Shown one piece after another: positions 1 to 7,393 of a stretch of DNA of 64,000 nt. Positions within the stretch are counted from its first letter, which is position 1; each line of letters begins with the position of its first letter. The stretch comes from an uncultured delta proteobacterium. Lineage in GTDB: Bacteria; Desulfobacterota; Binatia; Binatales; Binataceae. Location: the NCBI GenBank assembly GCA_963808235.1, contig CAWEEQ010000004.1, positions 576,001 to 640,000 on the forward strand, read 5' to 3'. The position numbers and the translations under genes are program-made. A model generated the notes under the pieces. It saw only the letters and a program-made list of their open reading frames with translations. It was not told the origin of the DNA and searched no databases.

Positions 1-131
1 TGAACCTGCCGCCGGTGAAAATTCACTGCTCGGTGCTGGCCGAGGATGCGATCAAAGCCGCAATCACCGACTGGCGTAAGCGCAAGGGCGGCGACGGCGC
101 GGGAGAATCCGACAAGGCTAAAGAGGCGTAA
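1..131 (+). CDS. iscU: Fe-S scaffold IscU, 3' end (partial)
   Basis: Frame from nt 3 reads NLPPVKIHCSVLAEDAIKAAI...*; LPPVK is the HscA-binding motif; directly upstream of iscA. Confidence 0.95.
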   Translation, partial: NLPPVKIHCSVLAEDAIKAAITDWRKRKGGDGAGESDKAKEA

Positions 132-140
132 GTAGTTCCA

Positions 141-464
141 ATGGCTGTGATTTCACTTTCCGAGGGCGCTGCCCAGAAGATCAAGCAGCTGGTCGCCGAC
201 AAGGGCGAAGGCGCGGGCTTGCGCGTGAAAGTTGTCGGCGGCGGATGCTCAGGCTTGCAGTACCGGATGGAAATCGACGCGGCCAAGGAGCGCGACAAGG
301 TTTTCGAGCGCGATGGCGCCCGTCTGATCGTCGACAAGAAAAGCTTTTTGTATCTGAACGGCTCGGAACTCGACTACGGCGAAGAGCTGATGTCGTCGGG
401 GTTCAAGGTTGTCAATCCGAACGCGAAGCGCAGTTGTGGGTGCGGGGAATCGTTCGTCGTATGA
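141..464 (+). CDS. iscA: Fe-S cluster assembly A-type carrier IscA
   Basis: GGCSG and CGCGESF motifs; ISC operon context. Confidence 0.95.
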   Translation: MAVISLSEGAAQKIKQLVADKGEGAGLRVKVVGGGCSGLQYRMEIDAAKERDKVFERDGARLIVDKKSFLYLNGSELDYGEELMSSGFKVVNPNAKRSCGCGESFVV

Positions 465-496
465 ACGTGCGGACGTGGGGAGACTGATGTCTCATT

Positions 497-1141
497 ATGG
501 TCGAATGCCTCTCATGTGGACGGCGGCAAGAGCCGCGGCTGATTTGCGCTGATTGCGGCACGCCGCTGTCGGCGGCGCTCACGCTCGACTGTTTCGCTGC
601 ACTCGGACTTCCCCGAAAGCTGAGCATCGATCTCGCCGCGCTGGAGCGCAGCTACCACGAACTAAGCCGCAAGATTCATCCCGACCGCTTCGCCTCGCGC
701 GACGTTGCAATACGCGACGCGAGTCTCCGCGCGACCGCATTGCTGACCCGCGCATATCGCACGCTGCGCGATCCTGCCGCGCGCGGACTCTACTGGCTCG
801 AGCTCAAGGGCGAGAAGCTAGCCGAGAATAACAAGCGCGTGCCGGCCGACCTCGCGGAACTGGTCTTCGAAGTCCAGGAGCAACTCGCCGATATGCACGA
901 CGCTCCCACCGACTCCGGCCTCGCTGCCGAAGTGTCGAAGCGTCGCGGCGAGCTTCAAGTGACGATGGATGAAACCGTAGCCGAGCTTGAACGTAATTTT
1001 ATTCGGTGGGATCAGAGTGCGTCTCGGGAACACCATCAAATGCTCACAACCGAACTGAAGGCGATCCTCTCCAAGATTGCCTACCTGCGTACACTGATTC
1101 GCGACGTCGATCGCGCGCTGGAGAACTCGAAGGCAGCTTAG
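497..1141 (+). CDS. hscB: Fe-S co-chaperone HscB with N-terminal CxxC-CxxC zinc finger
   Basis: J-domain HPD motif (KIHPDRF); CLSC/CADC; lies between iscA and hscA. Confidence 0.93.
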   Translation: MVECLSCGRRQEPRLICADCGTPLSAALTLDCFAALGLPRKLSIDLAALERSYHELSRKIHPDRFASRDVAIRDASLRATALLTRAYRTLRDPAARGLYWLELKGEKLAENNKRVPADLAELVFEVQEQLADMHDAPTDSGLAAEVSKRRGELQVTMDETVAELERNFIRWDQSASREHHQMLTTELKAILSKIAYLRTLIRDVDRALENSKAA

Positions 1142-1144
1142 AAG

Positions 1145-3013
1145 ATGACGCGAATTTTCGGCATCGACCTCGGCACCACCAACAGCCTTATCGCCGCGAT
1201 GGAAAACGGCGCGCCGCGCGTTATCGCCGTCGGCGAGAAGGGCAAGGCGCTGCTCCCGAGCGTGGTCGCGATCGCGCCCGATGGCGCCGTCGCGGTGGGT
1301 GAGCGGGCGATCGAGATGGAACCGCATCTGACCGTGGAACGCGACGGTAAAGTCAGCGCGGTCGGTTATCCGGGCGGCGAATATGGCGCAGTGATCCGGT
1401 CGGTCAAGCGATACATGGGACTCGGCGGCGAGGAGCTCGCACCCGAGGATCGCGCGCGCTACACGTTCGCCGATCTCACCGGTCCGGTGGTCCGCTTCCA
1501 GATTGGCAAGCGCGTATTCACTCCGTCGCAAATCTCGGCCGAAATTCTGCGCGCACTCAAAGACAGCGCCGAACGCGCAGTTGCCGATGGAGAAAAAGTC
1601 GAGCGCGTTGTGATCACCGTGCCCGCGTACTTCAACGACGGCCAGCGACAGGCGACCAAGGACGCCGGCCGCCTTGCCGGTCTCGACGTCGTGCGCCTGG
1701 TGAACGAGCCGACCGCGGCATCGCTTGCCTACGGGCTGAACAAGCTCGCGACCGGCAACGTCGCGGTCTACGACTTCGGCGGCGGCACTTTCGACATTTC
1801 AATTTTGAGCATCAAGGAGGGAATCTTCGAGGTGCTCGCGACCAACGGCGATACTCATCTCGGCGGCGACGATATCGATCGCGCGATCGTCGATTGGCTG
1901 CTCGCCGAATTGCCCGACACCGTCAAGCTCGATCGCCATGTATGGAACAGCGCGCGCATGGCCGCTGAGGATGCCAAGCGGCGACTCAGCGATCTTGCGG
2001 AGACCGACATCGTTGTCGAGCTGCCGGGCCATTCGATTCGCAAGCATCTGACGCGCGACAGTCTCGAGCAGATGGCCGAGCCGCTCGTCGCACGCACTCT
2101 CAAACGATGTCAACTTGCGCTCGCCGACGCGAAGCTCAAGTCGAGCGATGTCGACGCGGTCGTCCTGGTCGGCGGGTCGACGCGGATGCCGATTGTTCGC
2201 CAGCGGGTTGCCAGGATGTTCCATAAAGAACCTTTGTGTTCGATAGATCCCGACGAAGTGGTTGCGCTGGGAGCCGCAGTTCAGGCTTCCGTGCTAATGG
2301 GAAATCAGGGCGACATGCTGCTGCTCGACGTGGTGCCGCTGTCGCTGGGGATCGAAACCATGGGGGGAGTCATGGAGCGGTTGATTCACCGCAACACCAC
2401 TATTCCGACCAGTGTGACCGAGGGGTTCACCACGGCTGTGGATAACCAAACCCACGTGGACGTTCATGTTTTGCAAGGAGAGCGAGAGCTTGCTAAGGAT
2501 TGCCGTAGCCTCGCGCGCTTCAAGCTGGGGCCGATTCAGTCTCAGCCGGCAGGCGTACCCCGCATCGAGGTCACTTTCCTCATCGATGCAAACGGGATAC
2601 TAAATGTCAATGCGCGCGATGAGCGCACTGGCCGCGAGCATTCGGTCGACGTCAAGCCGAGTTACGGTCTGACCGACGATGAAATCGAGCGAATGCTCGA
2701 AGAGGCCATCGACCTGGGAGAGCAGGATCTCGAGGAGCGCCTGCTGATTTCGTCCCGCAACGACGCTGAGCAGATTCTGGGCGCGCTCAGAAAACAGCTC
2801 GGCGAATTCGGGGCAATGGTCGATCGCAGCGAGCGAGCGCGCATGGATGAGGTGGTGGAGCGGCTGGAGGCGGCCCGGAAGGGAACCGATCGCGAGCTAA
2901 TCGCAAAACTCGTCGAGGAGCTGAACGAGATTACCACTCCGTTCGCGGAGCGGATTATGGACGCCGCTATTGGGCTGGCGCTGGAAAAGAAGTCGGTCGA
3001 AGAATTGTCGTAG
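1145..3013 (+). CDS. hscA: Hsp70-family Fe-S chaperone HscA
   Basis: GIDLGTTNS, TVPAYFND, DFGGGTFD, LLLDVVPLSLGIETMGG; follows hscB. Confidence 0.93.
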   Translation: MTRIFGIDLGTTNSLIAAMENGAPRVIAVGEKGKALLPSVVAIAPDGAVAVGERAIEMEPHLTVERDGKVSAVGYPGGEYGAVIRSVKRYMGLGGEELAPEDRARYTFADLTGPVVRFQIGKRVFTPSQISAEILRALKDSAERAVADGEKVERVVITVPAYFNDGQRQATKDAGRLAGLDVVRLVNEPTAASLAYGLNKLATGNVAVYDFGGGTFDISILSIKEGIFEVLATNGDTHLGGDDIDRAIVDWLLAELPDTVKLDRHVWNSARMAAEDAKRRLSDLAETDIVVELPGHSIRKHLTRDSLEQMAEPLVARTLKRCQLALADAKLKSSDVDAVVLVGGSTRMPIVRQRVARMFHKEPLCSIDPDEVVALGAAVQASVLMGNQGDMLLLDVVPLSLGIETMGGVMERLIHRNTTIPTSVTEGFTTAVDNQTHVDVHVLQGERELAKDCRSLARFKLGPIQSQPAGVPRIEVTFLIDANGILNVNARDERTGREHSVDVKPSYGLTDDEIERMLEEAIDLGEQDLEERLLISSRNDAEQILGALRKQLGEFGAMVDRSERARMDEVVERLEAARKGTDRELIAKLVEELNEITTPFAERIMDAAIGLALEKKSVEELS

Positions 3014-3032
3014 TGAAGGAAGCTTAAGCACC

Positions 3033-3257
3033 ATGGGACTCAAGTGGGATCAGGCTGAAGAACTCGCGGAGGTGCTCGCGGAAAATCATCCGGGGCTGAA
3101 TCCGCTCGACGCGCGATTTACCGATCTGCGCCAGTGGGTGATCGATCTCGACGAGTTCGACGACAATCGCGAGGGCTCCAACGAGGCGAAACTGGAAGCA
3201 ATCCAGATGGCTTGGCACGAAATCTATAAGGAACAGAACGAAGACGAATCTGAATAG
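3033..3257 (+). CDS. iscX: Fe-S assembly protein IscX (YfhJ)
   Basis: MGLKW...RFTDLRQWV.DL.EFDD...SNEAKLEAIQMAW; ATG at 3033 after GAAGGA. Confidence 0.92.
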   Translation: MGLKWDQAEELAEVLAENHPGLNPLDARFTDLRQWVIDLDEFDDNREGSNEAKLEAIQMAWHEIYKEQNEDESE

Positions 3258-3298
3258 GCGTAGGCGTGACTACGTCATACTAGGGAGGAGGAAGGGCG

Positions 3299-3913
3299 GT
3301 GGATGCACGCACGAATGTGAAGGCGGAAAACGGAGATAAGATGCAGGAAAAGGAAACACTGGACGAGAGGTTGCCGTCGCTCTTTGAGCCCGACACTCTG
3401 TTGCCCATACAATACTTCGAGGCGATGCGCCGCAAGCATCTGCTCGAAGGCGAGAAGCGGCTCATCCTGAGCGTGCTCGAGGATGCGATCGAGTGCTTCA
3501 TGAAGTGCATCGACGCGTCCACGAGCAAAGGTCAGCGATTGTTCCGCGATGCCGACGAGTGGATCGCGCATGAAGACAAGCGTTGGGTTTTTTCCTTCGA
3601 CAACGTTTGCGACATGCTCGATATCAATCCCGAGTATATGCGGACGGGACTGCGCAAGTGGAAAGACAAACGGCTCGACGCGATTGCGCGCCGCCGCGCC
3701 GCGATGGTGCTGGAGGCTGAGCGCGCGGCCGCGGAAGCGGCGCTACTGCCCGCGGGAACTCCTGCGCCAGCGCCCGCAGTGCAGGCTCCGGCTGCCGCAT
3801 CGATTCAGAAGCCGGCCAAAGTGGCGGCCAAGCCGGCGCGCGTCAAGCACCGCCCGCAGCGCGTAAGAGCTGCAAAGCGCTCGGCAGGCAAACTGCGCAA
3901 AGCGCGCGCATAG
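3299..3913 (+). CDS. Conserved hypothetical protein with basic Ala/Lys/Pro-rich C-terminal tail
   Basis: Strong RBS GGAGGAGG; helical core EKRLILSVLEDAIECF...WVFSFDNVCDMLDINP; terminator follows. Confidence 0.8.
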   Translation: MDARTNVKAENGDKMQEKETLDERLPSLFEPDTLLPIQYFEAMRRKHLLEGEKRLILSVLEDAIECFMKCIDASTSKGQRLFRDADEWIAHEDKRWVFSFDNVCDMLDINPEYMRTGLRKWKDKRLDAIARRRAAMVLEAERAAAEAALLPAGTPAPAPAVQAPAAASIQKPAKVAAKPARVKHRPQRVRAAKRSAGKLRKARA

Positions 3914-3941
3914 CTGTCAGACTGGGCGAAATAGTAAGAAC

Positions 3942-3976
3942 AAGGAGGCGGCTCGCCGGAGCCGCCTCTTCTTTTT
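3942..3976 (+). terminator. Rho-independent terminator
   Basis: GAGGCGGCTC-GCCG-GAGCCGCCTC stem followed by TTCTTTTT. Confidence 0.85.
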
Positions 3977-4053
3977 GCATCGGCTTCCGCCAAAGGGGTC
4001 AGGGGTAAGGTTCCTTGTAAACAGGCGCCCGCTCCGACACGATCCCGATTGCC

Positions 4054-4332
4054 ATGCCTCTGCGGACCAAAATCGAATGCCCCGAGTGCGACGCCGACCT
4101 GGTCGTCAAGCGCGGCGGCGTATGCCCGAACTGCGGAGCGAAGATAAGCGAGCACGTCGCCCGGGTCCGCGCACGCGAGAAGCGAATCGAGCAGATAGTC
4201 GCGATCGTCGCGACCGGGCTGGTGCTCGCGCTCCTGGTCGTGACCAGCGGCGCCACCCTGCTCGAGGGTGTCGCGGCTTACGCGGTCGTCGGCGCGGTGA
4301 TGTACTTTCTCGCGCGCCGGACGTTTGTCTGA
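4054..4332 (+). CDS. Small zinc-ribbon membrane protein
   Basis: CPEC/CPNC pairs followed by two hydrophobic helices. Confidence 0.75.
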   Translation: MPLRTKIECPECDADLVVKRGGVCPNCGAKISEHVARVRAREKRIEQIVAIVATGLVLALLVVTSGATLLEGVAAYAVVGAVMYFLARRTFV

Positions 4333-4534
4333 CCGGCTCAACTCTGAGTCATCTGAACGTTTGTTAATTTCCGATCGTTGCAAACCGGCCAAACCTGAAC
4401 GTGCGTTAACCTGTTCTCTCCGTTGACGTTTATCGTTTTCGGACTATTCACTTCGTGTATCCGAAGTCCCTCCATTTCGTATTTATAGCCATGCAGACCG
4501 TGGGCCTTGAAGGGAGTTTACGAAATCGAGCCGG

Positions 4535-4550
4535 TGGCATCCTTAATGCT
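4535..4550 (+). promoter_or_regulatory. sigma54-type -24/-12 promoter
   Basis: TGGCATCCTTAATGCT: GG-N10-GC spacing, about 30 nt before ATG 4579; conserved in the paralogous unit. Confidence 0.7.
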
Positions 4551-4578
4551 CCTTCTGTCGAATAGAGGTAACCGAGAA

Positions 4579-5262
4579 ATGAAGTCCAAACGAAATCTGA
4601 TGACGATGCTGGTTGGTCTCGCGATGCTTGCGACGCCGATAACTGCGGCGGCCAAGGATCACAATCACGATGCGGCCAACTATTCGCATGCGTCGCAGGT
4701 GCGCACATTCAATGCTCCCGCGCGTGGTGTCAAGGTCGGGACCGCAGCGGAGTACCGCAATGAAGGCCCGCTAGCTCATCGCGACTGGAATGCAGCTCAT
4801 CGCGAATGGACCCGCGGCTACGGCTACGGCGGTCCAGGCTACGTCGGTCCAAACTACTACGGTCCCGGCTACTACGGCGGATCAGCGGCCCCCTACTATG
4901 GAGCGCCGGGTTATGCGGGTTACGCGGGCGGAGGATCATGCGCACAGGCGCGCAGGGTCATGAACGTCTATCAGCGTGACCGTTACACTGGGCATCCAGC
5001 AGCCGCTGCGGACTATCTCCGACAGAATCAGTGGGCGTTCCGTAGTGGATGTGGTGGTGGAGCCGTAGGGCCCAGGGCCGGCGGGCTGTTTAGTGGCTTG
5101 GGCGGCTTCGGTGGAGCGCCTGCGTACCGCGGGCCCGCTGGATACAATGGCGGCGGCTACGGACAGCCTTACGGTGGTGGTTACGGCCAGCCCTACGGCG
5201 GCGGTTATGGCCAGCCCAACGGTGGCGGTCTTGGCGGCATACTCCAGCAGTTCGTTCACTAG
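4579..5262 (+). CDS. Secreted Gly/Tyr-rich low-complexity protein (paralog 1)
   Basis: RBS GAGG before ATG 4579; Sec signal ending AAA; YGGPGY and YGQPYGGG repeats; C...DRYTGHPAAA...C core. Confidence 0.85.
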   Translation: MKSKRNLMTMLVGLAMLATPITAAAKDHNHDAANYSHASQVRTFNAPARGVKVGTAAEYRNEGPLAHRDWNAAHREWTRGYGYGGPGYVGPNYYGPGYYGGSAAPYYGAPGYAGYAGGGSCAQARRVMNVYQRDRYTGHPAAAADYLRQNQWAFRSGCGGGAVGPRAGGLFSGLGGFGGAPAYRGPAGYNGGGYGQPYGGGYGQPYGGGYGQPNGGGLGGILQQFVH

Positions 5263-5290
5263 TCCCTGACCATTCCTCCTGGTCCTGACG

Positions 5291-5327
5291 ACCAACGCGC
5301 GCCCCGTCTCCTCCCGGCGGGGCGCGT
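5291..5327 (+). terminator. Stem-loop, duplicated at 6344-6385
   Basis: ACCAACGCGCGCCCCGTCTCCTCCCGGCGGGGCGCGT; weak U-tract. Confidence 0.65.
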
Positions 5328-5581
5328 CGCTATTCGGGCCTTGCCATCCGCACTCATCACGCGCGCCAAAGCAGCATCCTTGGGTCCGTCCCGCTCGGTT
5401 GAACTTCCGCGGCGCTCAACCATGAACGCGCATTAACCTGCTCTCTGAAGCGCCATTTTGGTCTTTTCGTCAGTCGAAAACGTGTATCCCAAATTTGCCG
5501 GTTTCGTTGTTTCCAGTCATTTCGTCATTGCCACTTGTAAATACCGATTGTGTTGCAAGGATTTTTCGACGTTGAGCCGAT

Positions 5582-5597
5582 TGGCATCCTCATTGCT
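5582..5597 (+). promoter_or_regulatory. sigma54-type -24/-12 promoter
   Basis: TGGCATCCTCATTGCT matches TGGC-N7-TTGC; just upstream of the RBS and start codon. Confidence 0.8.
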
Positions 5598-5617
5598 GTA
5601 TCAGGGTAGAGGTTAAA

Positions 5618-6316
5618 GTGACTATGAAATACAAAAGTCTAGTAACGGGGTTGATAGGTTTCGCGATGCTCGCGATGCCGATTGCCGCGGCTGCGCAGAA
5701 TCCTCCTAACGGCAGGAACGATTCGCACCAGTCGCAATCGGCGCCGCCCAACGCGTCGGCGCATTCCAGCGCTCCGACCCACAACGAGATGTCGGGCAAC
5801 GCCGGTCGGCATGAGTCCCGCGATCAGAATGCCAGCCGTCCCATGAAGTCGGAACCGGCTACGGCGACTCGAAATGAGTCCCGCGACCAGCGCACCAGCC
5901 GCACCGTCAATACCGAGCCGGCCACGGCGACTCGAAACGAGTCTCACGCCAATCGCAACGTCGAGGCGGGGCGCACAGTGACCGAGAATCGTGAAGGGCG
6001 GACGGATCGTGGCGATGGGCGGACATACGGCGATAACGGCCACGATCGTGACTGGAACCATGATCACGACCGTGACCACGACCGTGATTGGAACCATGGC
6101 CACTATGAAGACTACTCCTACGGAGCTCCCTACGACGTGATGCCGCAGGGTTATGCCGGTGGCGCATGCGGATGGGCTCGGCATCTTCGCGCCGTCTACA
6201 ACCATGACCGCTACACCGGTCATCCGGCAGCCGCAGAAGACCTTCTGCCGCGACTGCGCAGGGCGGAGCGAGCGTGCGGCGGAGTACCCTACGGATACAA
6301 TGGCTATAGGTACTAA
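5618..6316 (+). CDS. Secreted low-complexity protein (paralog 2; start 5618 or 5624)
   Basis: Signal peptide similar to paralog 1 (GFAMLAMPIAAAA); EPATATRNES x2, DHDRD repeats; C...DRYTGHPAAA...C core. Confidence 0.85.
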   Translation: MTMKYKSLVTGLIGFAMLAMPIAAAAQNPPNGRNDSHQSQSAPPNASAHSSAPTHNEMSGNAGRHESRDQNASRPMKSEPATATRNESRDQRTSRTVNTEPATATRNESHANRNVEAGRTVTENREGRTDRGDGRTYGDNGHDRDWNHDHDRDHDRDWNHGHYEDYSYGAPYDVMPQGYAGGACGWARHLRAVYNHDRYTGHPAAAEDLLPRLRRAERACGGVPYGYNGYRY

Positions 6317-6343
6317 CTTCCCAACTACCACCAGGTACCAATA

Positions 6344-6385
6344 ACCAACGCGCGCCCCGTCCCTCCCGGCGGGGCGCGTTTTTTT
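6344..6385 (+). terminator. Rho-independent terminator between convergent genes
   Basis: GC stem followed by T7; near-identical to 5291-5327. Confidence 0.85.
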
Positions 6386-7382
6386 AGGCCGCGGCCAGGC
6401 GTTCCATCGCGCGTAATATCCTAGTCCGTCGTTCCTCTGGAGTCGGCGCGAACGACGCGAATTGCAGCGCCGTGGTCGTGATACCGGCGCGCCCATATTC
6501 GGCGAGCCGCTGCTTGCATTTCTCCGCGGTGCCGAACACGAAGATCTTCTCAACCATTTCGTCGGAGACCGATTCGAGGGCCTTCTTCCGATCGCCCGCG
6601 TTCCAGGCGTCGATCGCGACCGTCGCTTCATTGTCGTAGCCGATCTCGCGGAAGAACTTGTTGTACTGCGGCACTGTAACGTAGGCGGTCAGCGAGCGGC
6701 GGAAAAGATTGCGCGTCACCGCTTCATCTTCGTCAACGGCCACGATTATTCTGCACACCACGTCGAGCGTGGCGGGATCTTTGCCGGCGGAGCGCATGCC
6801 GTCGCGGGTATGCTCGAGCATCGCGGGCAGCGTCTCGGGTGTGATGAAATTTACGATCACGCCGTCGCCAATCTCACCGGCGATCCGCAGCATTTTGGTG
6901 CCCTGGGCTCCGATATAAATCTTCGGCGCAAACTCGATCGGCCCGTCCAGGCGAAAGCCGTTTATCTTGACCATCTTGCCCGCCATCGTGACCTTCTCGC
7001 CGCGGAAGATTGCGCGCAGCGCCTCGACCGTCTCGCGCATCTGGGTCACGGGTTTGCGAAACGGCACGCCCATCCACTGCTCGACGATATTGGGCGTCGA
7101 AATTCCGAGCCCCAGGATAAAGCGCCCGCCCGCAAGCTGGTTGGTGGTGACCGCGGACATCGCGATCAGCGGCGCCGGCCGCGTGAACACCGGGATGATC
7201 GCGCATCCGAAGCGCAGCTTGTCGGAAAGCATCGCGGCGGCGGCGATCGGCGCGAACGCGTCAGACGAGAACGACTCGTACGACCACGCGTCGGTGTAGC
7301 CGCATCGATCTGCGGCTTTGACCAGCTCGGGAAAATGGCGGCCCAGGAACGGTTCGAACGGGAGAGTGATTCCATTGCGCAT
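6384..7382 (-). CDS. LLM-class flavin/F420-dependent oxidoreductase
   Basis: Start MRNGITLP; GGRFILGLG, IYIGAQG..MLRIAGEIGDG luciferase-like motifs. Confidence 0.88.
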   Translation of the reverse strand: MRNGITLPFEPFLGRHFPELVKAADRCGYTDAWSYESFSSDAFAPIAAAAMLSDKLRFGCAIIPVFTRPAPLIAMSAVTTNQLAGGRFILGLGISTPNIVEQWMGVPFRKPVTQMRETVEALRAIFRGEKVTMAGKMVKINGFRLDGPIEFAPKIYIGAQGTKMLRIAGEIGDGVIVNFITPETLPAMLEHTRDGMRSAGKDPATLDVVCRIIVAVDEDEAVTRNLFRRSLTAYVTVPQYNKFFREIGYDNEATVAIDAWNAGDRKKALESVSDEMVEKIFVFGTAEKCKQRLAEYGRAGITTTALQFASFAPTPEERRTRILRAMERLAAA

Positions 7383-7393
7383 TTCTTCTTTCC

